DNA of 64,000 nt from the NCBI GenBank assembly GCA_000320545.1, contig ADNK01003472.1, positions 55,973 to 119,972 on the forward strand, given 5' to 3'. Positions 12,101-24,833 of this stretch are shown in pieces. The number at the start of each line of letters is the position of its first letter. Within the stretch, counting starts at the first letter, position 1. This DNA is from Bigelowiella natans CCMP2755. Taxonomy: Eukaryota > Protista > Cercozoa. A model generated the notes under the pieces. It ran no database searches. It saw only the letters and a program-made list of their open reading frames with translations, and was not told the DNA's origin. Position numbers and translations under genes: made by a program.

Positions 12101-14749
12101 TGCTACCCGACCCAGACACATCAACAGGAGCCCAGGGTGGATAGCTCTCGCTCAAGATGATGAGTCTAACATAACAATTGCATGAGGAAATTTTGCTTTA
12201 ATCCTATTCAGGGCATGCAACACACATAAGAAATAGTTGCTACAATTACGATGAAGATCGAGCCAAAAGCGAGAGCGATTCGGTAGGAGCAAAGGTCGAT
12301 GGTGACAGCGAGGGATGTGATGTTGGTGCCGTTGTATGTGGGGTCAATGAAGAAGGACTAAGTGAGGGTGGAAGGGTTGTGGAGGATATGCTTGGCATAC
12401 ATGTAGGGGTTGCCGTTGGTATCGATGTGGGTGAACAGGTGGGTAAAGCAGTGGGGGTTATAGTTGGCGTCGATCTAGGTGAAGAGGACGGGGATTCACT
12501 CGGACTTGCAGTTGGTGTATCAGTAGATGAAACAGATGGTGCAGAGGTAATGAGGCTAGAAACCTCAAAAATTGCTCCTCTCTGCCATAAAATAATATGA
12601 TGATTTGTATTCTATGATGAAGCAAAGCATGTTTAACATACCGCTCCAAGGAAAAAAATATTACGGATAGGATCCAAAACCAAGGCCTTACAAAAGCAAT
12701 AATCATAGTGAATGCACTATAATGAAACCCGAATGGAGTATACCCTTGGCATTTCAAATATTGCGTTAGTCCCGATCCCCTCACTTCTACCCATCCCTCC
12801 TGTTTGCTCTGAAATTTTTACGTATCAAGAGTTATTTAAATGCCTTTGCGAGTTTTAGGATGATCACATTTCACGAAATTGCTCATTTTCTGTCAACTTC
12901 ACTAGTTGCTGCTTTACTTACGTCCAGCAATAATCGTATTCTCTAGAGTCATCAAGTCAAGTCTGCGAAGACGATCATCGTCCTGAAGTAAATGACCATC
13001 ACTTTCTCATTGACAAGAGCAAATATAGTTCACAAAACACACACCCTATCAAGGAAGTAGATTGTAGAAGCAGGCCCGCTACCAACCAAATCCATAGCTA
13101 TAGGCGAATGTAACCGACGGTCTACCCTATTGAGGTAATTTATAATTCATATAACTTTTACAATTCTCCAAAGTTTATTACGTACGCGTCTGAGATGATG
13201 GTGGTCACTTCAGCGTTTGTAGTGTTTATTCGTCTTATTGTATCTTCATCAGAGAAATACCTAGATAATATGATTTTCTGAAACACTTTTTAGGATCTGT
13301 TCAAAGTTGTCTCTAGGGTACAAGAATTCATTGAAGATCGTAATTCCTCGAGCTTCATATATTGTTGCATCTTTTCCTGTGCCATCTGCACTTCCGCTGC
13401 TGCTCGTTCCAACAAATTGGGACAACTAAGAAAGTAGGAAACAAAGTTCATTACAATCTCTCCGAATGTATTGAAATGGGTTTACCCGGAAATCAGCGAT
13501 ACTCATCCGGTGTACGTATGTAGAATCCGTAATATATGCATATTTTTTTGGGAGGTCGATTGCAAACTCGTATGCTCTCTGCATTGTGCCGTTGGCAATA
13601 ATTAAGTCCTTATAGTGCTAGAGACATATCTATCTAGCAGTATACACATTATTACATCCAGGCCGAATGTGAAACCTTCGCCTCCACCGTCTATTAATCC
13701 CTCGACTACACCTTGGTTGACTGTTGTGAGCTAATGAAAGATACATAGATAATAGATATTGATGTTTGATTTTCTTATCAATAATCTTTTGCTACCGTTC
13801 TTGTTTGAAAATTGAAGCGACGGATCGATCGCCCATTCTATATTCAAGATACTTTTAATTTTCTTTCTACAAACAACAAAAACTCGCATTCGTATTTACG
13901 GACATCTCCTATAATTAACAAATCTTCGGTAGTGTTGCTTAGCCAATCAATTCCCGCCGGTCTATTCATTCTGTTTCACATCAAAAGGCTTATATGGCTT
14001 GAAAACTGCAAAAAACGATCTGGTTACAGTGAGCTGTTCGGCATCCCATCTGTGCTCTAAGCATTGAAGTATCAAATAGAATGACAGACTCAAAATTTTG
14101 TAATTGAAATGGCCAAGAAAATTGAAAGTACCCCTCTTCGGCCTTCTTCACCTGCCACAGTCTCAACAGTAGCCGCAGTTAAGTTAATTCTTCGTAGAAC
14201 ATCATCACCCTACAATATGAAGCAAAAATCCTAAAATTATTAGGATTTGGTGGGAAATAACATGTAGATGACAGCGTCTGAGAAGTAGAGGATTTCGTTT
14301 CGTAAAGCCATTCCTCCAACTTGATTGACTGAAGTGTAATAACAAAACATGAGATCAAAGGACTAACATTGTTTTCGAAGATTGAGAATCTTGAGGAAAA
14401 AACATGGCTCAGTTTTCAAACAAAGACTGAGTTCAGTTGCAAGTTGCAATGGGCAAAAATGCCAACCCTTGTGTGATGTTCAAATGTTCAAGGGTCAATG
14501 CTTAGCTTTGACATACGTTCAGCGTTCGTCAGAGGGCCGTCAACCGTGTCTCTGCCAGATCGAAAACCAATCACGTAGCTCGATGCCACCTAAAACATTG
14601 CCATGTGCACACGTTTTTCTCTCAAAAGTGATCACTTGCCACTTGTGCACTTGTGCACAGTGATCTTGCGTCTTGCATGGTACCGGAGGCTGAAGGAATT
14701 GTGCTTCGGCACCCATGAAGATCATCACGGCCCACAGAACGAACCTCAT
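9131..14749 (-). CDS. Large receptor-like membrane protein: signal peptide, NHL repeats, Pro/Thr/Ser linker, IPT/TIG-like domain, Cys-rich (GCC2/ephrin-receptor-like) repeats, multi-pass TM region
   Basis: Exon 1 reads MRFVLWAVMIFMGAEAQ. NHL exons read GDDVLRRINLTAATVETVAG and FVGTSSSGSADGTGKDATIYEARGI. A PT-rich exon lies at about 12250-12580. ORFs 11229-12155 (NITVGG..FITP, CRPCDRNAYCPGG) and 10219-11262 (CGEGYTGTLCSSC plus several TM helices) follow. Most introns are short. The 3' end is approximate. Confidence 0.75.
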
Positions 14750-15472
14750 CGTTGCAGCCGCCGCCCTTTGTTGAAAATTGTGCGCTATGTTGACATGCGG
14801 TTGTGATGCTCCTCCTGTTCCTGTTTGTTTGTGCTGCTTGTCTGCGGAGACTCATCATCATTTCATCCGAAATAATAAATGACAATGGATCAATATGAAC
14901 AATAAGTAGATCATCTAAAAATAGATCTAATAACATCCTTAACAAATAATACATGTAATGCGATAATAACAAGTTTTTGCTCCACATGTTGCAGCAATAA
15001 TATTATTATTGAATAGGAACTTGTAGGGATTATTATTAGCGCGCGTAGATAGGTTTCAGTCGTAATTAGATCTAGACTCTAGTTGCTGCCATCTAGATCT
15101 ACTACAATTTTTCACGAAGAAATTTGGTGTAGTTGTTATGGTAAATAGCGGATAGGATTTCAACAACAAAACAACAACAACAAACAACAACAAACAACAA
15201 CAACTACAACATCGACAACAACAACGACAACAACAACGACAACAACAACGACAACAACAACAACAACAACAACAACATCGACAACAACTAGTCCACTCCA
15301 CCTGTATCTTCTTTGAGCTAGTAGAAGTGGGAAGAAGGAAGGAAGGAAGGCAGCGAGCCACGTCCTGGTCAAGGACGAACATACCAAGCAGGTGAGCTCC
15401 TCTACTAGGAGGTATTTCCTGTATTTCATTACTAAAGATTCGTCGATACTATATCAGGTAAGAACGGTGGAT

Positions 15473-15693
15473 ATGTTTCTCGATGACGACGATTTCGACA
15501 GCGACAGCGAAGTGGAGATCGAGGAGCAGGATCTACTCAAGCTCAAGATTCAAAAAGAATGCAAAAATATCATCAAGGCAACGTACAAAGGTAGTGACTA
15601 CGTGTATTGGCTGAGTTTCTAATGTGCACTTCTTCTTCTCATCCCTCTTCCATGTTCCTCATCATATTTGCAAGTTAATGTGTCGTAGAATTC

Positions 15694-15733
<40 letters not shown>

Positions 15734-18263
15734 ATTTCAACTTTTGCGTGTCTTATTATTGCAGGGAAAAAAATTGTGAATGGCTTTGAGGTTATGGAGA
15801 GACTTGGGCAGGTATCACTCTGAGAAGTATTCGCCTTTCCTCCTTACCTACCTTACATGAATCACTTGAGTAAATTATGGAAAATCCTCTAACTCGTCTT
15901 TACCAGCAATGTATACTGATAATTCTATCTAAATGCACACAATAATAAGGGTGGGTTTGCGACTGTTCGGAAATGCAAGTTCTGCCCCACCGGAAAATTA
16001 TATGTGAGAAGAATAAATGTTATAACGACGAGAAGCCATGTTGCTCTGGTTGCAGATGTTCCTCATGAAAAGCATCAAATTTGAATAATCTACGTCTTCC
16101 GTTCAGGCGATGAAGAAGATGGCGAAGAATTGGCTACGAAGTAATTTTTGCCACCCTAAAGGAGGCTGATTCAAATACAATGTTGTCACTAAAAGAATGT
16201 TGATTGAAAATCGTCGCTATCATCAGAAAAGAGAGAATGGAGCAGGAAGGATGGGAAAATGGTTATGCACACGATGCTAGATAAGGGTAAATAAATAAAT
16301 AGAATCACCTGATAGTTAGGAAGACGGACAACATAATTCTCTTTTTTTTAGTCGGTGACGTCTTCCCACTACTAAATTAATTTGTATCATGCAGTAATGG
16401 TCGGTGTGGGCATCTTAAAGGAAATGGCACATGATAACGTCGTACGACTGCATTCAGTCATTAATGACCCAGGCGATGATACTCTGTACTGTTGACATTT
16501 ATATTTACACATCAAGTAAACAAGCGTTATCATAATTCTAGCTGATACAATATTTAAACATAATGATGATGATAATGATGATGATGAGTCTCCACATTCG
16601 AATGGCAGCTTAGCCAAAATTCTGCAATTGTTATCTTCGTTATTTCTATTTGTCAAATCTTCTTCTCGCTACTTGTGTTTGGATGCAGCGATGTTGTAAG
16701 AGGAAGATTTGTTAGATAGTAATCCAACCCTAACATTTAGATATCTTATTTTGGATTACTGTCATCGAAAATGCGTGATGGATTGGAACGGTACGTGTGA
16801 GGAAGAAGGAAATAATGATGAGAATGAAAAGTCACCCTATATTAGAAAGCATCGTGGAATCAGGAGTATGATGCTAGTGATACACTGCTACTATTACTAC
16901 TACTCATGTGCATCATCACAGCGGATTCCCTATCATTCCGGTCAAAAGTCTTCGCAAAAGGCCCTCATGGGGGCATTGAGCTTGGAGCAGTCGCCTCTGT
17001 CCTTGCACAGGCTCTGCAAGGAGTAGAATACAGTAATAATCAAGACAACAAGAATTAGTAGTATCACTTTCCGCCATTCGAAAGACAGATATGAGCAAAG
17101 GATAGGGACCAATATTCGTCCTAAATTTATTTTTATAAGTCTTACGAAACGATTGTTGCATCGGTGGCATAATATTAGCATGCTGCTTCTTGAAGCATCA
17201 TCATCTGTTGTTGTCGTTGTCATTATTGTTGTTGTCGTTGCAGTCCACAAACAAGGCATTGTGCACAGGGACCTGAAGCCTGACAATCTTCTCGGTAGTA
17301 GAGGAGTTGAAAAAGAAGAAAATAGCAGCAGTAACAACAATAAGCCACTGAAAATTCTAGTTGATTTTTATCATGCATCATCATCATCATCCTCATCTTC
17401 ATCTTTTACACGAGGAAATTAATGAATCCCAACGTTAATTCTATCAGTTACTTCAGACTGGATAGTAAAAATCGCAGATTTTGGTGTCTCAAAGAAACTC
17501 GAGGAGAAAGGTATTGCTTTTTATTTTCCCAAATGCGAAAAAGTGGGTAGTAACTGCTACCAGTTGTTTCATATCAAGAAATGAATGTTGTTGTAGTCAC
17601 CCCATCATGGCCATCATCAACGTCACCATTATCACAATCATCATCATTATATTCTTCTTATTTTTTTTTTTCTTCTTCTTCTTCTTCATGTCATATTTGT
17701 CATTAATCAGATGGTGGGCAGTGTGCCGATACGGCAGGAACCTATCCTTTCATGTCACCGCAAATTGCCTCTGGAGAAAAGTGAGTAGGGTTTGTGTGAA
17801 ATTCTACACAATATACCTTCTGATAGTGATGTTGTTAATGGTGTCTCATGTAATGCTGCAGATACTGCCCTTTCAAGGCAGACATTTGGGCGCTTGGAAT
17901 CACAATGTTCGCTTTGGTTTTCTCCACGGTCGTCACTTCACTTATTGCTCTTCAATTTTCTATCCATTTTTTGATATTTACCCATACCGCATCTAGTATT
18001 ATAATTGTCCCATACATCTTTCATCGATACTTCCCCATCCCCATACTCGTGCAGCAGCAGCAGCAGCAGCAAACTGTTTATTGTGTTTAGTGATTGATTT
18101 TCGATCATATCATAAAGGTGCCTTATTACCACGAGATCCACGCGCAGCTATTTGAACAGATCAAATCAAAATCGTATGTAGTAGTGATATAACGTTGATG
18201 TACTACTACCTAGACCTATACGGGCCGAATCAAATCAATAATAATAATTAGTTATTTAAAAAT

Positions 18264-18300
<37 letters not shown>

Positions 18301-18734
18301 CCTTCCCCCCGCGATAGAGTTGAATTTCCGGGAAAGATCGACGACAAAGAGCTTGAAGGTTCGAAATGAATAGCAATGTAGTAGCACAGGCAGTAGTAAC
18401 TGTAACTGAATTTTGTGTCGATTGTTTCATTATCTAGCCACCATTATGTTCAAATCATAATCATTCTTGTTTCTTTCATTAGATTTTTTGACAAAGATAC
18501 TCGAAAAAGATGCTGAAAAACGGCCAAGTCCTGCCGATTTACAGGTGCTATTACATTGGGTAGTTGGAACTGAGTGATAATTCTTGCATTAATAATGATA
18601 TGTTGATAATGTATCCTTCCATTTCTCTATTATTTTTCGAATTTCACGATTTTACCATACAGAAACACCACTGGCTCGAGGTTAATGTGAAAAAGGGTTT
18701 CACTAAGCCAAGCAATGAAGAAAAGCTTAAGTAG
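15473..18734 (+). CDS. Multi-exon Ser/Thr protein kinase, CaMKK-like
   Basis: Exons give LGQGGFATVRKC, AMKKM, HDNVVRLHSVINDPGDDTL, VHRDLKPDNLL (about 17260-17290), KIADFGVSKK, DTAGTYPFMSPQ, ADIWALGITMF and KHHWLE. The stop is at 18732-18734. The start codon is approximate. Confidence 0.9.
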
Positions 18735-18842
18735 TGGTGAGGTTCGTGCACTCGCGTTGGCACATGCAAGTATGCTACGGCTTCTATAGGAGCTATTATT
18801 TGCATACTGGTTGAGCAGAAATTGCTTCGTTATCTTTGCTGT

Positions 18843-19051
18843 GTGAGACGGACATAATGAATAAATTAAATTTGTTCAATGGTCACCCTGATGTAGCTGT
18901 GCAAAGCAGCGGCTACAGCGCTTCAGTTGAATCTGTAATCTGTTTGTCTGTTGTTATGTAAGACGGGTGTAATCAATCAATTAAATTTGTTCAATGGTCG
19001 TCCTAATGTAGCCGTGTAATGCAACGGCGCTAATAATGATCTGTTGTTATG
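18843..19051. repeat. Degenerate tandem duplication with a period of about 115 bp, downstream of the kinase
   Basis: aattaaatttgttcaatggtcaccctgatgtagctgtgcaa (18864) versus aattaaatttgttcaatggtcgtcctaatgtagccgtgtaa (18979). Confidence 0.85.
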
Positions 19052-19708
19052 TGCTGCATCCATTTGAAAGCATCAGCATTTTTGCGTCGATCTAGCGATG
19101 TCGCGCATGAAGCGCAGCCATCTACATTTCCTTTTCAGCTGCAGTCAATAGGTTCATGCTGCTTTTCTGGTCCATGATGTTGCTACGAGTTGGTTTCAAA
19201 GTCTGCGTTGGTGTGCAGAATGTTGTCGTAATCACGGCTAATGCTAATAACATGAGGTTACCTGTATGCGATATGTACGTAGCAAATGCACGTTGTGCAT
19301 ATTGTGCATGTAGTACTAGAACTTTATGACAGTATCATGACAAAATCTGCATAAAGGAACGTGCGTTTATCGAATGAATAAGACCAATTCGAGATTGTCC
19401 ACGCCAATTTTTATGATATTACATCTTAAATGTGATCAACATATAGGTGTGGTGCCATCTGCTCCAATTATTTAATTGCTTCTACAATAATCATTGATCT
19501 TAGATTATAAAATTCCCGTGCCAACGAACCTCCTACAGATTACGTGCTTGGAGTAGAATCCGACCTGAGTACATCGTAAGAAACATAATTATCTCCTTGA
19601 AGCAGTTTTCCATAATTTGTTACTACGATCAATTTGTATACAAATAAGTATTCCAAAAAAATCCTTTTGTAAAACTATTTCCCAACACGGACATAATATC
19701 ATTTAAAC

Positions 19709-20267
19709 TTACTTTCCTTGGGACTCATATTTGGCGTACTCCCAGTTGGTATCATCTACATACAATTGCGGTATTAACTCACAGTATGGTCTGCTGTGTA
19801 GGGGAAATTATACACACTTTCAATATCTAAGAAGTCCACTATAATATTCTAGCCAGTACCTAACGGACATGTTGCCCGGCTTTGTAGCCATTTTGAAATA
19901 CAGTGGTAATGAAACGAATGTCCGCATTGGCCTACTGCTCGCGTGCACTCTTCGTGGCTATCGGGCTCTGCTTCGCACGCAATACCTGCGAATATATATT
20001 GAGTTATCTGATAAGAGTGTTGAGGATAGAGTGTTGAGGAATGAAAGGAATGTGCCACTGACATGGGACCATAATATCATTTCGGCAGATAGCGCAGTCC
20101 ATCTTCCCACCTACAATGTCAGTCATCAAAGAAGTAAAAGTATACTAATCAGCTTTATCTCTACTAAAAAATCAAAAGCAAATAGTATGAGGACCGAATT
20201 TCCAGAAAACAACGGCATCCCATTTCTTGACCACCACCCTTTCCTTCTTAGGTTCCTTGTCAGTCAT
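19709..20267 (-). CDS. RBX1: RING-box protein (RBX1/ROC1-like RING-H2), 4 exons
   Basis: MTDKEPKKERVVVKKWDAVVFWKF / GGKMDCAICRNDIMVP / CIACEAEPDSHEECTRAVGQCGHSFHYHCISKWLQSRATCPL / DDTNWEYAKYESQGK*. Confidence 0.85.
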
Positions 20268-20652
20268 GAGAAGATCTTAGGAGCCGCACGTTCGAAGGCT
20301 CTTGGTCTCACTGCTGTTTATGCCAAAATACTCTATTTTTTGTGTGTGAGACATGCACAAAGACAATATAATTGTAAATTTGATCTACGAGCGAGGAAAT
20401 TCTCACAACGACATCCCAAAGATTCATAATATTAGAAGTGTGATCGCTATTCATGGAATTCGTAAGTCGTAATTGAGAATGGAGCTGCTAAATATTGAGA
20501 GAGAAAATATTAGAGGGTGTTCAGGGTGTCTATGTCACATGTTGTCGTATATATGTAATTTGAGGACGCTTGACTTATTATCGATTGAATATCGGTTGGT
20601 GATCCGTCTGTTTGTCAGTCAATACGGTAGTCTAGCTACAAGAAATACTCGT

Positions 20653-22325
20653 ATGACTGATGACGCCTATGATTACACCACTACCAATCAACATCCAGGA
20701 AAAGAAAGAACAACAAAAGCTCTTTCTGCAGGAAAAAGCAAGAAGGGGAAGGGGAACGAGGAGGAAGACGAGGAGAACCCACTTCCAAGACTAGAGCTAC
20801 ATTGCTAGAAGGACATTGCTAGAAGGACATTGCTAGAAGGAAAAAGCTCATCATCATTATCCAGATCTTCTTGCTTCACCAGCACCTCCTGGACCGGTTA
20901 CTGCTTCTACTTGCAGTACCTATTGTTATTGTTGCAATGGGTGCAGGTAATAGTACCTCCCATATTTTTAGATGGTAGTAGACCTCATTTGAAAATAAAA
21001 TCATACAGTGAAGAGCTTGGCTCAATAAAGAGTACTTTTGTTCTTCAGCTTGTTATAGAGGACGTGGAGGCTATGGGTCGCAACAACCACCTACTAATGA
21101 GGGTGATGATAAAGGAACGAATCTGGATAGGAAACAAAAACAAAAATTACTTTATACTAACAACTCAGAACAGAAAATAAGAGATCAGACGGAAGGAAAA
21201 AATATTACTCTCAAGGATGAACGTACATATGCGTAATAAGATAAAAAGAAATCCGGGTGGCGATGGTGGTGAAGATAAATAGAAAAATGAAGGCAAAGAT
21301 GAAGAAACAATTATACTGAACAATACCAAATATTTTTTGACAAAGACAACTCGAATACAAGTATAAGGCTTTATCTAGGCCGCACGACATTTACTCATTT
21401 GATAGGTGGGCAAAAGGAGCACCGAATGAAGGAGACAAAGCTGAAGGGGAAAAGTCAGCTTAAAGAGGGGGAAAAGGTGGACGATCTTGCTGGACAGTGC
21501 CAGGTAGATCAAACTAATGAAATAGAAGACGAGATCATTAAGGCCAAGAAAGAAGAAGAAGACAAAGAAGAAGAAAAAGAAGAACGTGCTATCCGACAAA
21601 AGGAGAACGAACAGAATATTAGCGCAAAGAGTGAGGTAGATGAACAGGCTGCTCGTATGGTAGCAGCAGCTGCTGCATGCGAAGAAGCCCGACGCAACAC
21701 CAGACACAATGTGGAGCAAGTGGCAAATGAGGAAGGTGGATACATGGCTCGTGAAAAGGAGGAGGAGAAAGCAGGTGTGGGGAAGGAAGAAGCAGTAATA
21801 GTAGAGAAACGTGAAGAATCCCCGCGACTTGTACGAGAAAACAAGACCATGGAGATGGGCGGGAAAGCGGTAGTTATTGCAAAAGCAGTGACAATGAGAA
21901 GTGAGGATACGTATCAAGAAGCAACGAAGAAAGAAATACAGGCATTAGGAGAGAAGATTAAGATGGAACATGACTTAAAGAAGGTGGTGAAGAAAGTTGT
22001 TGCAACATCGAGAAAGAAAGACTCTAATACTACATCGGGAGTAAATGCTGGTGTCAGCTCTACTACTCCCAATGAGAGGAGCCAGAAGAAGAAAATTAAA
22101 GGGGGGAAAGTTGGGAGGTTAGGAACAGCATTGAACTTAAATGCCCTCATTAGCAGAGGTCCTCTAGGCTCCTCACGCACGTTGCCAGTTATCAGAAGAA
22201 AGTCTAACACGCCTTCTGGTCTTGCTGTCGTTGAGAACAACACTGCAACTGCAACTGCAACTGCAACCATCGAGCATTATTTGAAGCCGAAAATGGCACG
22301 ACGTTCCAGTCCAAGTCCCAAGTGA
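20653..22325 (+). CDS. Hypothetical Glu/Lys-rich coiled-coil protein; 5' structure uncertain
   Basis: A 308-aa charged ORF at 21399-22325 is the likely last exon. Upstream exons are unclear and interrupted by a 14-bp triplication. Confidence 0.4.
20799..20840. repeat. Perfect 14-bp tandem repeat x3 (acattgctagaagg)
   Basis: Read directly from the sequence. Confidence 0.95.
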
Positions 22326-22498
22326 AGATTTCCAAGGGGACTCTTAAGCAATTTTCGCCAGAACAAACCTGGCTTTCCAGCCTTGAGCAGTCAATTGGCA
22401 AACGCAGCGCACGTACACACAGTTCATGAGTCAGGATCACAATGCGTGAAGTTGGAGAGGGTGCATTCCAAACTATACATGTTATGTGCACATACGCA

Positions 22499-22559
<61 letters not shown>

Positions 22560-22937
22560 TGTGTACACACAAGCATACATGCATACATGTCTAGATGTGT
22601 GTATGGGACGGATGTAATGATATGATTAAAGCTTTTAAATAGTCATTTTGATGTAGCTATTATCATGCGAAACAGCGGTTATGCTTAGCGCTTGTGTCAT
22701 AATTGTTGTGTCCATTTGTTTCTGCAACCATGCTAGCATGTGTTTCATGCATGTGAAAGGATCCATGCGGTGTCGTCAATGTCGCGCATGCAGTGTGCGT
22801 TTCTCCATGAGCTGCTTCAGTCGTTTGGTGCATTCGCTGCGAACAGCGATCCATGATGGCAGCTAATTGCTTGCGCAGTCACAATGGTCTCAGTTGTTGG
22901 CGCTAGCTAGGGCGATGTGCAACACTAGAACACGTAC

Positions 22938-24833
22938 AACATCCACACGCATGTCTAGATGTGCATGTGAATGGACACTGCATGGAACGATGCATGCTGT
23001 CAATGAACACGCGTGCAAACACACACAATGGGCACAGTGATCCCACCCAGCCATGCTAGCATGTTGCGTGGTGTCCATCATGAACATGTCTCTGGATCTG
23101 AAATGTCCAGATGTGTGTGCGTCATGCACTGGTGCACGCGTCCAGACGTGTGAGACGGGTGTGATGAAGTCATCATGTCAAATCTTTTCAATGCGCCCAG
23201 ACGTCTGCACGTGTGCAGTGCTGCGCTGCACGTGCACATTGGCAGTTCCAGAGTTTTGCAGTTGGCCCAACCTGGCAATGACCCTCTTCACTGTGCACCA
23301 GTGCACGCTGTGCTGGTGCATGTGCACACGTCTGATGACACACTCTGGACATTGTTGCTTGAGTCCAGAAGTGAGTGGCGAAGAGTTCTGGAATTGTTTG
23401 ATTTGCACTCTCGTGTTGCTAGCTGTTCCATCAAGATCAATCTTCTCTGGGATCATCACCGCTGCGCTTGCAATGTGATGTGTGGCACGCGTCAGAGCAC
23501 GTCCCCAACTCTGCCAGTCCAGGACCAGTGACAAAGCGCACTTGCAGTGACACCTGGACATCACTTCTGGACTTGAGTGCTCGCTCCGATTCGGCCCACG
23601 TGCGCTCCGCATGGATGACACACGTCCGCGAACAATCGAACACAGCATGCACTGCTAGGCCAGCTGAGTCAGCACTGTGGGTGCCACCAGGTGCCAAGTG
23701 GCAGAGCAGAGCAGACCAGCAGAGCACGTGTGTGACAGTCTAGCAGTGCTCACTCGAATGCAATGACGAATGAACAAAATGCAAGCTTTGGTCCAACAGA
23801 GCGCACACAAGGTTCAAGGTTCGTGTTCACTTCACATGCGTCAGACACAGTGACAATGAACGTGACATCACACGGTGTCCATCACTCACGTTCCAGCAAG
23901 ATGCACTGCAAGCTCTGCCTGCTGACACTGGAACAAGCTGGACAGCAACCTCAAGCGCAGGTGGATTGCTAGATTGATGGACAAGCTGACAAGGGGAGTG
24001 CTCCCCAACTTTTTTCCAAGAACCAAGAAAGAAATCTTGGAAATTGCAGCGATGAAAGAAAGAAAATTCACTGATGACCACGTTTCTGAACGCTTGCATG
24101 AAACTTGCAAAGTGCGAAAACGAAGTGCCTCGAGCTGAAAACAACGAGGACTCGCTGGTGTGGAAACCAACACGTTGAGAGCTGGCTGTTCATGGCTGCT
24201 GGGAAGCAGCACAACTGACGGGACAAAAAAGAGTGAACAGATGCAGCGTGTCAATCCCAACTGGGGACTTCCTGAAGGCTCCATCAATGAGGCGATTCTC
24301 ATCCAGATCACCAGAGGGCTCAGCCAACAAAACTCTGGTTCTGAAGGTCTCGAGTCGAAGGACCAATGTTCGTGTTCGTTCGTCCAAGTGGCTCACCAGG
24401 ACTGGAGGAGTGAAAATCGTGCACGTCTCAAGGAACAATGAGAACAATGATGAACTAGATGAAAATGACTGCACTTCCAAAGTGTGACAAGACACTCACA
24501 ATGTGCGAAGTGCAGTGCCTCGAATTGGCTTCAGTGGAGACTGACCAGCAAACCAGCGGGGTTCGTGCAAGTTCCCAAACGTTGGGTGCCGTGCTGGCGT
24601 GCACCAAACTAGCAGCCAAGTGACGACGACGCAAAGCATCCATCCTGAGCAGGAACTTCCTGACAGCCACGTCCACACGGAGATCAACGTCAGGGACAAC
24701 CTCGTGGGGGGCGCCGAGCAAGACTCTGGTCTTGACAGAGTCATTGTGGGCATCAAAAAGTGAAGAGCAAGCATGTGAAGCAGGAGATGCAGGGCCGAGA
24801 GCTGCTCTGATGCTGGAGAACAATTGAGTTCTC
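22938..24833. mobile_element. TpA-erased relic of a repetitive, formerly coding element (island 1)
   Basis: All 8 TpA in about 1.9 kb lie in CTAG. Segment 24468-24536 is about 80% identical to the reverse complement of 60658-60726. Confidence 0.6.

Noticed and set aside
14540-14683. His/Cys-rich continuation of exon 1 as evidence of Tyr->His/Cys recoding
   Set aside because: Most of it is better read as intron 1 (GT..AG), with exon 2 VASSYVIGFRSGRDTVDGPLTNAE in a different frame.
22938-24833. Explaining the islands by CpG methylation decay or classical RIP
   Set aside because: CpG remains common and TpA is absent. Classical RIP would enrich TpA, and CpG decay would not remove it.
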